Positions 28,840-39,210 of a DNA stretch of 64,000 nucleotides are shown piece after piece. Under the pieces are notes generated by a model that saw only the letters and a program-made list of their open reading frames with translations, did not search any database and had not been told where the DNA came from. The translations under genes were made by a program, and so were the position numbers. The first letter of the stretch is position 1. Every line of letters starts with the position of its first letter. The DNA lies in NCBI GenBank assembly GCA_965242725.1, contig CBDESZ010000003.1, forward strand, positions 32,001 through 96,000. The letters run 5' to 3'. This DNA comes from Alkalispirochaeta sp. (GTDB lineage: Bacteria; Spirochaetota; Spirochaetia; DSM-27196; Alkalispirochaetaceae).

Positions 28840-30146
28840 TCGCCCTCGTTCTTCCCGCCTGGCGCAACTTCAGCCGGAACCTCCGCCGCTACCGCGTCCT
28901 CCTTGCCACGATGATCCTCGTCTCCACAGTCTTTACCGTTCTGATCGGCGCGATGCTGGGGCTTCAGGAGGCGGTGCGCGACAAGGCGACCCGCTACTTT
29001 GCCGGGGATGTGGTGGTCCTCGGATACGACGGCAGCGGCGACTCGTTGATTGAAGAGGTGGATGCGGTGACCGGCGCGGTGGAGCGTCTCCGGGAAGCGG
29101 GTATCGGCATACAAGCGGTTTCTCGGCGGAGTACCCTTTACCGGCAGGAATCGATCGAGCTCTTTTTTGCTGGCTATTCCGTCCGGCAGCGTCGCCTTGT
29201 GGGCGTGGAGTGGGAGCGGGAAGGGGATATCCTCGCAGGCTTTCCCTTTACCGCGGGGAAGGTCCCTGCACCCGGGGACCGCGACGCAATCCTCATCTCC
29301 TCCGTCACCGCCTCGGATCTCCAGGTGAGTGTTGGGGATGAGCTTCTTGTTTCCATCCCCAGCGCCCGGGGGCGCACCAACACCGCCGAACTCATCGTCC
29401 GGGGAATTTACACTGAGTCCAGCTTTTTCGGCTTTACCGCCTATCTCCATAGAGAGAAGTTGAATGCGCTCAGGGAGGTGCCGGCGGCGCGGGTGAATGA
29501 GATCGGCGTCTATCTGGAAACCCCCGCCGCCGATGAGAAACGGGCGGCCGCCCTCCTCACGGAGGAGCTCCGCGCCGCCGGCCTCCCCACTTTTCCGGTT
29601 CTCGCTGACCGTAACGAGTACGAGACCGCCTCCCGTGCCCCGCGGGAACAGCGAGAGTACGGTGTCGTCACCCTTCAGGCCCAGCTCGCCCAGATCACCG
29701 ACCTCATCACCGCCCTGACCATTGTCTCCGGTGCGGTGGTCGCCCTCTTTCTCGGCATCGTCATTATCGGGGTGAGCAACACCTGGACGATGGTCGTCTG
29801 GGAGCGCACCCGCGAGGTGGGCACTCTCCGCGCCCTGGGCCTCCAGCGCGCAGGCACCGTCGCCGTCTTTCTCATGGAGGCGGCTTTTCTGGGCCTCACC
29901 ACCGTCTTCTTTGGCGTGTTCCTGGGCGTTCTCACCCTTCAGGGTGTGCACAACTGGGTCCCCTTTGCCCCCAACGCGGCTACCACCCTCTTCTTCACCG
30001 AAGGCCACCTCCCCTTTGACCTCCCGCCCTGGACATTCCTTCTCGTCGCTGCCATCGCCGTCGGGGCAAGCGTCTTCGGCGCCCTCCGCGCCGCTGTCCG
30101 GGCGGGCATGATCCACCCCGTAGACGCCCTGCGCCACCGGCTGTAG
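28836..30146 (+). CDS. Second ABC exporter permease, LolC/E-FtsX/MacB type
   Basis: AWRN..RN.RR, ERTREVGTLRALG, PVDALR. Confidence 0.88.
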   Translation: MIALVLPAWRNFSRNLRRYRVLLATMILVSTVFTVLIGAMLGLQEAVRDKATRYFAGDVVVLGYDGSGDSLIEEVDAVTGAVERLREAGIGIQAVSRRSTLYRQESIELFFAGYSVRQRRLVGVEWEREGDILAGFPFTAGKVPAPGDRDAILISSVTASDLQVSVGDELLVSIPSARGRTNTAELIVRGIYTESSFFGFTAYLHREKLNALREVPAARVNEIGVYLETPAADEKRAAALLTEELRAAGLPTFPVLADRNEYETASRAPREQREYGVVTLQAQLAQITDLITALTIVSGAVVALFLGIVIIGVSNTWTMVVWERTREVGTLRALGLQRAGTVAVFLMEAAFLGLTTVFFGVFLGVLTLQGVHNWVPFAPNAATTLFFTEGHLPFDLPPWTFLLVAAIAVGASVFGALRAAVRAGMIHPVDALRHRL

Positions 30147-30197
30147 CGGGACGGCCCTTGTTGCCGCACCTCCCGCGGCGTATGATGAAAACGTACG

Positions 30198-31076
30198 ATG
30201 AAAGCGTACGACGGAAAGGAAATGAACCGACTGGAAGATCTTCAGCACGAAATACGAGCAGCCCTCGAGCCGTTTGAGAGTATCGCCTTCGCGGTGCTTT
30301 TCGGTTCCGCCGTTTCCGGCCGCCTGCGGCAGGATTCGGACCTCGATGTAGCGGTCTATGGAATTTCCGGTCGGCATCTGGAGATCGAAACCGACCGCGA
30401 GTTTTCCGACGAAGGAACGATACAGCTTGCGGTGGAACGGGCAACCGGGAGAAATGTCGACCTCCTCGTGCTGAACCGCGCTCCCGCCGTGGTATGCGCA
30501 TCCGCCGTCACGACCGGGGTCCCTATACTCATCCGGGGCGAGTCTATATATTCCCGTTACATCCTGGCGGTAACCAATGTTGCAATCGATTTTCTTGCAA
30601 CCGAGCGGGAGTGGCAGGCGATTCGTACCCGGAGTGCTTCGTTGTCTCCACAGGACCGGAACAGACTCGAGCGGATTCTCGCCTTTCTTGACGACGAACT
30701 GAAAGACGCGCAGGAGTTTACCGATATTACCCTTTCCCGGTATCAGCGCGACCGATCGTTGCGTCGAAATCTCGATCGCTGGGTCGAGGTTCTCATTAAT
30801 GGGACGATCGATATCGCAAAGATTGTCCAGGCTTCAGAGGATATCCCGATCCCCCAAACCTACGCCCAGATTCTGGATCTCCTCCCTTCAATTTCCGGCT
30901 TCGAAGCCGTACCAAAAGAGATTCGTAATCTCGCGCCGCTGCGAAACGTGTTGGCTCACGAGTATCTGGACCTCCGGTTTACCCGGGTACGTCGATTTAT
31001 CGATAACGACGTCAACATCGTCCGCGCGGTTATCACCGCTACCCAGGCGTGGATCGAGTCCCCCGCAACATCTTGA
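30198..31076 (+). CDS. Fused MNT (MntA-like) - HEPN (HepT/DUF86-like) toxin-antitoxin protein
   Basis: FGS-X10-DLD and VDLLVLN.AP in the N-half. IDIA and RNVLAHEY (RX4HXY) in the C-half. Single open frame. Confidence 0.85.
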   Translation: MKAYDGKEMNRLEDLQHEIRAALEPFESIAFAVLFGSAVSGRLRQDSDLDVAVYGISGRHLEIETDREFSDEGTIQLAVERATGRNVDLLVLNRAPAVVCASAVTTGVPILIRGESIYSRYILAVTNVAIDFLATEREWQAIRTRSASLSPQDRNRLERILAFLDDELKDAQEFTDITLSRYQRDRSLRRNLDRWVEVLINGTIDIAKIVQASEDIPIPQTYAQILDLLPSISGFEAVPKEIRNLAPLRNVLAHEYLDLRFTRVRRFIDNDVNIVRAVITATQAWIESPATS

Positions 31077-31162
31077 GTGGTAGATCGGGAGAAGCAAGAG
31101 GGCAAGATCATACTTGTCCTTCCCGGCTCCAGTCAGCGGATGATAGATAGCGTCCACTGTGT

Positions 31163-31221
31163 TTGCCATATGCGTGTAAAACGTGTATTAGTATATTACG
31201 TGTAATACATAGAGAGGTGTA
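31163..31221 (+). promoter_or_regulatory. TA promoter/operator region
   Basis: TTGCCA -35 candidate. CGTGTA repeats at 31173, 31182 and 31199. Inverted repeat TGTATTA (31184) / TAATACA (31203). Confidence 0.5.
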
Positions 31222-31223
31222 TT

Positions 31224-31457
31224 ATGGCCAACGTTACCATTTCCATTGACGATGATATCCTGAAGCAGGCAAAGAAGATTGCCATCGATCACGATATGAG
31301 TTTTAACGGTCTTGTCAGATCATATGTTACGGATCTTGTCCGGCGGGAAGAGAAGAGGCGTGCCCTGCGTATAGATACACTGGACCGGCTCTTCGCCGAG
31401 AGCGCTGCGGAGGTTGGGCTCGTCACCTGGACTCGGGACGAGCTGCATGAGCGATAA
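31224..31457 (+). CDS. RHH antitoxin (VapB-like)
   Basis: MANVTISIDD..L..AK..A.....S.N.LVR.Y, ends WTRDELHER, overlaps the PIN gene. Confidence 0.85.
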   Translation: MANVTISIDDDILKQAKKIAIDHDMSFNGLVRSYVTDLVRREEKRRALRIDTLDRLFAESAAEVGLVTWTRDELHER

Positions 31458-31878
31458 GGTCTTCTTTGATACCAATATTCTGGTCTACGCCAACGACGCG
31501 TCGGAACCGGAGAAACAAGAGATTGCCCGCCGACTCATTAAGGAAGCCCTGCTGAGTGAATCCGCCGTAATCTCAGTACAGGTTCTGAGCGAATTCTGGG
31601 TAACCGTCACCCGTAAAATCAGAAAACCGCTGTCGTCTGTGCGTGCGACCCGGCAAATCGAACTTCTTGAACTCATGACTATCGTCAGTCTAGATCTGCC
31701 CCTTTTTCGCGATGGTTTGTATCTCCAGGAACGGCAGCAGCTTTCTCATTGGGACTCCCTCATCATTGCCGCTGCAAGGTATGCGGATTGCAGCGTGCTG
31801 TATTCTGAGGATTTTAACGACGGGCAGAAATACGGAGACGTTACCGTCGTGAACCCCTTTAAAAAAATCCCGGAATAG
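31447..31878 (+). CDS. vapC: PIN-domain toxin (VapC family)
   Basis: FFDTNILVYA, S.QVL.EF, S.WD.LI.AAA, LYSEDF, VVNPF. Confidence 0.9.
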   Translation: MSDKVFFDTNILVYANDASEPEKQEIARRLIKEALLSESAVISVQVLSEFWVTVTRKIRKPLSSVRATRQIELLELMTIVSLDLPLFRDGLYLQERQQLSHWDSLIIAAARYADCSVLYSEDFNDGQKYGDVTVVNPFKKIPE

Positions 31879-32750
31879 TGATGATATATCATGGAATGAT
31901 ACAGACTTTTTGTTACGAACCAGACCGCCCCAGTCGGCCTCACGCCTATTTGATATTTCCGATTGTTCTGGCCGCCGTTGCGGTTTTTTTTGCGCTGCCC
32001 TCTCCGCTCTTTGCCCAGGATTCAAATTCGGGGAATATAAGCGCCGCCGAGAGCCGCCGCATCCTCTCCGAAGTGGACGCGCTCGTTACCTTTGGAGATG
32101 AGGACTTTTCCGCGGAGTACACCGTCACCGACGTCCGTCCCGGTGAGGGGACGCGACGCACCGTCTTTACCCTCTTCAGACGTGACCGGGCCAATACCTA
32201 CACAATTGTCATCCAGGATCCCCGGGCGGACCGCGGCAAGGGCTATCTTCGCATTGACGACAACCTCTATCTCTACGACCCCGCGGCACGGCGCTTTACC
32301 GTGGTCAACGCCTCCGAGCGCTTTCAGAACACCAACGCCCGTACCGCCGACTTCACCACATCCACCCTCGCCGAGGATTTCCGAATCACGGGCGAGTCCG
32401 CCGAGCAGCTCGGCGCCTACGCCACCCGCGTGTACGATCTGGAGGCAATCACCGACGACGTCTCCTTTCCGCGCATGCGCATCTGGATCGACGAGAACAG
32501 CCTCGTCCGCAAGGTGGAGGACTACAGCCTCTCCGGCCGCCACATGCGTACCACCGCGATTACGGAATATCGCCGCCTCGGCCAACGCTACGTCCCCGTC
32601 CGCATCGTCATTCAGGACGAACTGCGCGGACGCGAGGTGGACGGACGCTTCCGGAATGAACGCACCCTCATCGACGTGGCCAAGCCCTCCCTTCAGGAGG
32701 TGCCCGACATGGTCTTCACCCGGTCATTTCTGGAGCGGGTAGGGGAGTGA
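31878..32750 (+). CDS. LolA-like outer-membrane lipoprotein-sorting protein (start uncertain)
   Basis: Signal peptide ending LFAQ, P..D.GKGYLR.DDNL.LY.P, F....A...DF, L.A....V.FP....W. Operon context. Confidence 0.75.
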   Translation: MMIYHGMIQTFCYEPDRPSRPHAYLIFPIVLAAVAVFFALPSPLFAQDSNSGNISAAESRRILSEVDALVTFGDEDFSAEYTVTDVRPGEGTRRTVFTLFRRDRANTYTIVIQDPRADRGKGYLRIDDNLYLYDPAARRFTVVNASERFQNTNARTADFTTSTLAEDFRITGESAEQLGAYATRVYDLEAITDDVSFPRMRIWIDENSLVRKVEDYSLSGRHMRTTAITEYRRLGQRYVPVRIVIQDELRGREVDGRFRNERTLIDVAKPSLQEVPDMVFTRSFLERVGE

Positions 32751-34082
32751 GGCTCATTCTCGGCCGGCGGGCGGCGGTTCTCCTGCTTTTGGGCGCCGCC
32801 TTCTGCGCAGCTGCACCGGGAGCTGCAGCCCAGGATATGGACGATCTCTTCTCCTCCCCCGACGGGACGGTGGAGGCGGGCGCAGCAGCCGACAATGAGG
32901 AGGGGGCTACCGCCGAACCACCCGCGCAGGCGGAACAACCCCCGCCTGAGCCTGCCGACGCCGTGGACATCGACGCCCTCACCACCAGTCCCACCACGGT
33001 GAGGGGGCGGTTTACCGGCCGCGGCGGGATCGGGTTGGGCTTTGTGGAGTGGCCCGGAAGCGCCGCGGCCGGCGACGCCTCACCGGCGGATCTCAGGCGA
33101 TACTCTATTTTCTACGACTCCTCCGCATCCGTAACCGTGGACAGCCGCCCCACGCCCTATCTCCGCTTTCACACCTCCCTTTCAACTTCCCTCAATGAAG
33201 ACACCCTCACCTACGCCGCGCCGGAGGTGGATGAGCTCTTTGTGGACTACACCTTTGCTGAGACCCTCTTTTTCCGGGCCGGACGTTACGCCATGACCTG
33301 GGGGCGGGGACGCCTTTTTGACAACCCCGCCAACCTGGTGGAGCGTGTCGACGACGGTGCGGCGGTACGTGCGACCGTCCCCCTCTGGCGCGCCTCCTCC
33401 TTCACCGGGGTGATCTATTCCAACGAGGAGTGGATGGACGCCGACGGCGGGCGGTGAAGGGAACTACCGCGCCTTTGCCTATGCGGGACAGCTGGAAACG
33501 ACGGTCCGCTCCGTCACGGCGGAGCTGTCCGGCCGGTACAAGGACGGGGAACACACCGCTCTTGCCGGAGGACTCACCTTCGGCATCGGGGAGGTTACCT
33601 TCTCCGGGGAGGGTGTCTACCACTGGCAGGGCGACCGTTTCGGCACGCTGGACGGGACCGACGGCTACGCCATGGCCCTCGCAAACTTCCTCTATCGCTC
33701 TCCCGGCGGCGGGTGGACCCTCGCGGGGGAGTATCAGTTCGACGGCGCCGATATCGCCGACGATGACGGAGGGCGCCATCTTGTGGGAGGCGCGGTGAGC
33801 ATGCCCGCATTCGGTCGCGGCGGCTGGCGGCCGGGCATCCGCTGGCGTCACGCCCCGGCGGACACCTCCGGCGAAGTCCTTACCGCAATACGGGGCACCC
33901 TTGCACCTTCCGTCAATCTGGAGGTGGGGCTCCCGGTGATCTACGGTACGCCGGGCTCCTACTATCGTGACGCCCTCGCCGCGTCCGTCGCCGGTGGGGA
34001 TGATGACGACGAAAGCGATCTCATTCCCGTGGACAACGTTGTTATGGTTCTTTTTGCGCTGAGCCTGTCGATTCAATTCTGA
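32747..34082 (+). pseudogene. Exported beta-strand-rich protein, probable outer-membrane barrel, split by one frameshift at ~33450 (possible sequencing error)
   Basis: Signal peptide plus QDMDDLF, ELFVDY, RAGRY..TWG.GR. Removing one G from GGCGGGCGGT joins it to GEGNYRAFAYAG...MALANF...LSLSIQF (terminal Phe). Confidence 0.65.
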
Positions 34083-34083
34083 A

Positions 34084-34821
34084 ATGAGTACAATAGTGTC
34101 AGTGACAATACCGGAAAAACCTAATACTACAGCTCCAGCAATTCGTCTAACCGGGGTGCACAAGGTCTATCCCCTGGGCAAGACCGAAGTGCACGCCATC
34201 AAGGGTGTCGACATCGCCATTAAGGGCGGCGATTTTGCAACAATCGCCGGTCCCTCCGGGAGCGGCAAATCCACCATCCTCAACCTCATCGGCTGCATCG
34301 ATGTCCCGACGTGGGGCACCGTGGAGATCATCGGCCACGAGACCTCCGCTCTCCGGGACCGGGAGATCACCCGCCTCCGCCATCAGGTGATCGGATTCAT
34401 CTTTCAGTCATTCAACCTCGTCCCCGTACTCAACGTCTACGAAAACGTCGAGCTCCCCTTGCTCCTCGGTTCGCCCGTCCCCAACCGCCGGGAGCGCAGG
34501 GAGTACGTCAACTTTCTTATCGATGAGGTGGGCCTTACCGAATGGCGCCGTCACCGCCCCAACGAACTCTCCGGCGGGCAGCGGCAGCGCGTCGCCATCG
34601 CCCGTGCCCTTGCTACCAAGCCGCGCATCGTCCTTGCCGACGAGCCCACCGCCAACCTCGACTCGACCACCGGCGCCGCCATCATTCAGCTCATGAAGAA
34701 AATCAATGCGGAGCTCTCCACCACCTTCATCTTTTCAACCCATGACGCCACCATCGTGGACATCGCCGACCACGTGATCCGCCTTCACGACGGTGAGGTT
34801 GTCGACGAGGAACGGCGATAG
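34084..34821 (+). CDS. ABC ATPase, LolD/MacB type
   Basis: [42 protein letters not shown]. Confidence 0.92.
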   Translation: MSTIVSVTIPEKPNTTAPAIRLTGVHKVYPLGKTEVHAIKGVDIAIKGGDFATIAGPSGSGKSTILNLIGCIDVPTWGTVEIIGHETSALRDREITRLRHQVIGFIFQSFNLVPVLNVYENVELPLLLGSPVPNRRERREYVNFLIDEVGLTEWRRHRPNELSGGQRQRVAIARALATKPRIVLADEPTANLDSTTGAAIIQLMKKINAELSTTFIFSTHDATIVDIADHVIRLHDGEVVDEERR

Positions 34822-34887
34822 TTTGCCCTCCGCCGCCACTCTTGATTCTGCGCAATACGCCGGGATACTCTATATTAAGAATTTGCT

Positions 34888-35895
34888 ATGAGTATTATTG
34901 AGAATTCCCGATTCCACCGTGAATCGAGTGAACAGTCGGCAACGCATACACCGACCCGCCCCCATCCCTATGAGGACGAGACGATAAGCCTCATAGATCT
35001 CCTCGCGGTGGTGCTGCGCCATCGGCGGATCATAATCGGGGGGACGGCGGCGGCAGCGGTGCTGACGGCAGCCGCCCTCTTCCTCTTACCCCTGGCAGAC
35101 ATTCACATCCTGCCGCCGCCGGAGTATACCGCCCAGCGGCGTCTTCTTCTGGACCCGCTCCCCGAGGAGGTGCAAGCCTATCTCGGCGTCGACCTTCCCG
35201 CCACCGTCATGTCCGTTGTCAATGACCCCCGCGTCATTGGTGAGGTATACCGGCCTTACGACGACGCTCCCGAAGAGGGTCTGACACCGGAAGGCTATCT
35301 GACCAGGGTGCGCGACAACGTCATCGGTAACCGCTTCACCGCAGAGTGGGAGGAACAGACGCGCATGCTCGTCCTCTCCTTTACCGCGAATGACAGCGGC
35401 GACGCCCGCTCGTTTCTTGAAACCCTTGAAGGAGACCTCCGTGCGGAAACGGTGTCGCGCCTCGCGCCCCGTATTGAAGACGCACGCGGGACGATCAGTA
35501 CCGCCCTGGAGAATACACGGGACGACCTTCTCGCGGCGGTTGCGAACGTCCTGGACCCGCAAAGCGCCACCCAATCGGCCGGTTCCCGGCCCTTCCTCGC
35601 CGCCGTTGATGCCGATGCCGACGAAACCCTCCGCGCCCTTGCCGATCACCACCGTGCGCTGGCGCAGATCGAAGCCCTTGGTGAAAACGGGGACGCCGTC
35701 TTTTCCCCCGCCGGAGGGGTGACGGTTTTTGAGGAGGATCGCGCCGGCCGCTCCATGATCCTCATTATCACCGTCATCACCGCCTTCTTCCTCACCGTCT
35801 TTCTCGCCTTTGTGGTTGAGTACATCCATCGCGTCCGGCAGGAACCGGAGGAGATGGAGAAGATCGCCGCGGCGTGGCGCGGCCGGCGCTCCTGA
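34888..35895 (+). CDS. wzz: Wzz-type polysaccharide chain-length regulator
   Basis: EDETISLIDLL.V....R.II N-terminal TM, helical periplasmic region, C-terminal TM FL.VFLAF..EY. Confidence 0.75.
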   Translation: MSIIENSRFHRESSEQSATHTPTRPHPYEDETISLIDLLAVVLRHRRIIIGGTAAAAVLTAAALFLLPLADIHILPPPEYTAQRRLLLDPLPEEVQAYLGVDLPATVMSVVNDPRVIGEVYRPYDDAPEEGLTPEGYLTRVRDNVIGNRFTAEWEEQTRMLVLSFTANDSGDARSFLETLEGDLRAETVSRLAPRIEDARGTISTALENTRDDLLAAVANVLDPQSATQSAGSRPFLAAVDADADETLRALADHHRALAQIEALGENGDAVFSPAGGVTVFEEDRAGRSMILIITVITAFFLTVFLAFVVEYIHRVRQEPEEMEKIAAAWRGRRS

Positions 35896-36021
35896 AGGGA
35901 GCGTCGCCGCCCGACGCCCTCGCGCCTCGCGGCCGGGCATCCTGTGACACCCGTGTTCATTTACAAATTCCCCGGAAGCACCTATACTGCCGCATATTTT
36001 ACAACCCATTGAGGAGTAGTC

Positions 36022-36831
36022 ATGAAAAAGCTGATTGCAGCGGTAGTGTTGTTTGCGGCGGCGAGCGTCGTCTTTGCAACCGGTGCGGCGGAAACCGGTG
36101 CGGAGGGCGACGATTCCCTGACGCGCATCATGGACAAGGGCGAGCTCGTCCTCGGCCTTGACGACAGTTTTCCCCCCATGGGATTCCGCGGCGACAACGG
36201 CGAGATCGTCGGATTTGACATCGACCTGGCAAAGGAAGTTGCCGAACGCCTGGGCGTGACCCTGCGCCTCCAGCCCATCGACTGGGATTCCAAGGTCCTT
36301 GACCTCAACAGCCGCGACATCGACGTCATCTGGAACGGCCTGACCATCACCCCGGAGCGGCGGGAGCAGATCCTCTTCTCCAAGCCCTACCTGGCAAACC
36401 GGCAGATCGTCATCGTTCAGGACGACAGTGATATCGACACCAAAGAAGACCTCGCCGGCGCCGTGGTGGGCATTCAGCTCGGATCCAGCGCGGAGAACGC
36501 CGTCAACGCCGACGGTGCGACGGTGGAGACCTTTGAGGAACTCGCCCGTTATCAGGACAACGTACAGGCACTGCTGGACCTGGAAGTGGGCCGCGTGGAC
36601 GCCGTCGTGGTGGATGAGATCCTCGGGCGCTACTACATCTCCCAGAAGCCGGGCACCTTCAAGGTCGCTTCCCATTACTTTGCAGAGGAAGAGTACGGCA
36701 TCGGATTCCGCCTTGGTGAAGTCGCCTTCCGGGACGCCGTGGATGAAGCGATCGACGAAATGGTCGCCGACGGCACCGCCGCGGAAATCTCGCGGAAGTG
36801 GTTCGGCGAGATGGTGGTCCTGCCCCGCTGA
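36022..36831 (+). CDS. Polar amino-acid ABC transporter substrate-binding protein
   Basis: Signal peptide, GLDD.FPPMGF, GFDIDLA, IDWD.K, WNG.TIT.ER, EEYGIG.R, IS.KWFG. Confidence 0.92.
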   Translation: MKKLIAAVVLFAAASVVFATGAAETGAEGDDSLTRIMDKGELVLGLDDSFPPMGFRGDNGEIVGFDIDLAKEVAERLGVTLRLQPIDWDSKVLDLNSRDIDVIWNGLTITPERREQILFSKPYLANRQIVIVQDDSDIDTKEDLAGAVVGIQLGSSAENAVNADGATVETFEELARYQDNVQALLDLEVGRVDAVVVDEILGRYYISQKPGTFKVASHYFAEEEYGIGFRLGEVAFRDAVDEAIDEMVADGTAAEISRKWFGEMVVLPR

Positions 36832-37481
36832 TGGAGTATTACCTTCAGACAACCCATTACATCATGGAGGGTGCATCGGTCACCCTCCGGCTCTTCGCCC
36901 TCACCCTGATCTTCTCCCTTCCCCTGGGATTCATCGGGGCGATGGGCAAGACCTCCCGGCGGCGATGGCTCAGGCTGCCCCTTGGCTTCTACACCTCCGT
37001 GGTCCGGGGCACGCCCCTCCTCTTGCAGCTCTTCTTCGTCTACTACGGCCTGCCCCTGATGATCCCGGCCCTGCGCTTTGAGCGCTTCTCCGCCGCCGTC
37101 TTCACCTTCATCATCAACTACGCCGCCTACTTTGTGGAAATCTTTCGCGCCGGCATTCAGTCAATCGACCGCGGCCAGTACGAAGCCGCCAAGGTCCTCG
37201 GCATGAACTACCGCCAGACGATGGTGCGCATCGTGCTGCCCCAGACGGTCAAGCGCGTCCTGCCCCCCGTCGCCAACGAGGCGATCACCCTCGTCAAGGA
37301 CACCGCCCTCGTCGTCGTACTCGGTATCGGCGAAATCCTGCGCAACTCCAAGGAGATCGTGAGCCGGGACTTCACCATCAGTCCCTTCGTCATCGCCGGC
37401 ATCATCTATCTCATTTTCAACTACGGCGTCGTCTGGATCTTTGCCAGGCTGGAGCAGAAATATGCGGTCTATGAAGGATAA
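36831..37481 (+). CDS. Polar amino-acid ABC transporter permease
   Basis: [35 protein letters not shown]. Confidence 0.92.
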   Translation: MEYYLQTTHYIMEGASVTLRLFALTLIFSLPLGFIGAMGKTSRRRWLRLPLGFYTSVVRGTPLLLQLFFVYYGLPLMIPALRFERFSAAVFTFIINYAAYFVEIFRAGIQSIDRGQYEAAKVLGMNYRQTMVRIVLPQTVKRVLPPVANEAITLVKDTALVVVLGIGEILRNSKEIVSRDFTISPFVIAGIIYLIFNYGVVWIFARLEQKYAVYEG

Positions 37482-38388
37482 GGTTGAACCCAGGGGTTCT
37501 GGGGAGCTCGGCCGAGCAACCGCGGACCAACCCGGATCGGGAGGCGCCGCGGGCGCCGCCGCCGCGGACGGTGTGCCTATGATAAACGTGGTGGGTCTCC
37601 ACAAGTACTTCGGCGACCTCCACGTCCTCAAAGGGGTGGATCTCGCCGTCCGACCCGGAGAGATCGTCTCGGTGATCGGGCCGTCGGGAAGCGGCAAGAG
37701 CACCCTCCTGCGCTGCCTCATCCATCTTGAAGAGGTGAGCCGCGGCACCGTGGAGATCGAGGGCGAACCCATTGCGCTGGAGGAGATTTTGGAGGCGCCG
37801 GGCGTGGCGGATGAGGCGCAGCGTGACGCCTCGCGTTCAACCTCGCACAGCCGCCAGAAACACATACCGGAGCACACAATCCGCCGGCGCTGCCGCAAGC
37901 TGGGCATGGTCTTTCAGAACTTCAACCTCTTTCCCCACAAGACCGCTCTGGGTAACGTCATCGAGGGGCTCCTGGTGGTCGCCAAAGTGAACCGCGACGA
38001 GGCGGTGAAGCGCGGAGAGGCGATGCTTGAGAAAGTCGGTCTCTCGGACAAGCGGGACGTCTACCCGGCGTACCTCTCGGGCGGGCAGAAGCAGCGTGTC
38101 GCCATCGCCCGGATGCTCGCCATGGAGCCGGACGTCATGCTCTTTGACGAGCCCACCAGCGCCCTGGACCCCGAGCTTGTCGGCGAGGTGCTGGCGGTGA
38201 TCAAGTCCCTCGCCCAGGAGCATATGACCATGGTGGTGGTCACCCATGAGATGGGCTTCTGTCGGGAGCTCTCGGACCGCGTCGTCTTCATGGACGACGG
38301 GCGTATCATCGAGATCGCCCCGCCGGACAAGCTCTTCACCAACCCCGACCACCCGCGAATCAGGACCTTTCTGGAGAAGATGCTCTAG
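37471..38388 (+). CDS. Polar amino-acid ABC transporter ATPase (GlnQ family; start uncertain, 37579 alternative)
   Basis: [50 protein letters not shown]. Confidence 0.92.
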   Translation: MKDKVEPRGSGELGRATADQPGSGGAAGAAAADGVPMINVVGLHKYFGDLHVLKGVDLAVRPGEIVSVIGPSGSGKSTLLRCLIHLEEVSRGTVEIEGEPIALEEILEAPGVADEAQRDASRSTSHSRQKHIPEHTIRRRCRKLGMVFQNFNLFPHKTALGNVIEGLLVVAKVNRDEAVKRGEAMLEKVGLSDKRDVYPAYLSGGQKQRVAIARMLAMEPDVMLFDEPTSALDPELVGEVLAVIKSLAQEHMTMVVVTHEMGFCRELSDRVVFMDDGRIIEIAPPDKLFTNPDHPRIRTFLEKML

Positions 38389-38523
38389 CGGCGGTGCGCG
38401 GAGACGTGGAGGCGCGGGGGACGGAGTGCAGGAGCGCCAGGGAACGCGGAAGGGCCGGCACTGCAGGCGCGCTATAACCCGCGATAGGGCTGGCCGCGAC
38501 GCATGCAGAAGTGTGGCGGCCGT

Positions 38524-38826
38524 TCACCGGCGGCCGATGCTTCGCAGGGCCGCAGTAGACAGGCGGATGGTAAGGATTTCTATTCTGCATCCGTCACGAT
38601 CCGTCAGGTCGAGTTTATAGATAATCGCCGCGCCCCTCGTCTTGATGCGATAAAAGCGGAAGCGTCCGTCCTTCAGCCGCTCCGCCGCCGCGGGCGGTGC
38701 GGGTGGTACGGGCCGTGTCCGGGCGACACGGTCAATGAGCGCCACGACCCGTGACAGGTACGGTTCCGGAAGCCGTTCTATGATCTCCGCCACCTTACCG
38801 CGAATTGCGACGGAGCAGCCGGGCAC
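38524..38826 (-). CDS. Divergent RelE/ParE-like toxin
   Basis: GTG at 38826 after GGAGG. Reads SVAI....E.I..LP......V...I..V...P....L....FYRIK.....IIY, overlapping the RHH gene. Confidence 0.5.
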   Translation of the reverse strand: MPGCSVAIRGKVAEIIERLPEPYLSRVVALIDRVARTRPVPPAPPAAAERLKDGRFRFYRIKTRGAAIIYKLDLTDRDGCRIEILTIRLSTAALRSIGRR

Positions 38827-39040
38827 GCACCACCTCCCAGTCAAACGACTGATCTTCATGATCCTGCAAGGCCGAAACGGACAGGCGAAGATCCACGTAA
38901 TCGGCAAAATACTTGTTCACCGCGATGCGGATAACGTCCGCCCGGGACCGCCCCAGTTCCGCCGCCGTCGCGTCTATGGCTTCAACGAGGTCGATCGGCA
39001 TTCGCGCCGTCACCTGGGTTGTGTACCTGGTTGTGTGCAT
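38795..39040 (-). CDS. CopG/RHH antitoxin
   Basis: QVTARMP..LV..ID..A..LGRSRADVIR.A...Y..D..DL....AL.D..D...DWE.VR. Confidence 0.8.
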   Translation of the reverse strand: MHTTRYTTQVTARMPIDLVEAIDATAAELGRSRADVIRIAVNKYFADYVDLRLSVSALQDHEDQSFDWEVVRARLLRRNSR

Positions 39041-39133
39041 ATCCCTTCCCAGCGCAGGAACATCCGCGCCGATTCAGGAAGTTTCCGTGGGACGGCGGGA
39101 AACCGGACGGCGAAGAAAACGGCGGCCGAATGG

Positions 39134-39201
39134 GAAAAGCTGCCAAATAGGAAAAGTGGCAAACCAAGAAAAGTGGCAACACAAGAAAAGCTGCGAAATA
39201 G
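39134..39201 (+). repeat. Four tandem 17-bp degenerate repeats
   Basis: GAAAAGCTGCCAAATAG / GAAAAGTGGCAAACCAA / GAAAAGTGGCAACACAA / GAAAAGCTGCGAAATAG. Confidence 0.85.
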
Positions 39202-39210
39202 GGGAGTGTA

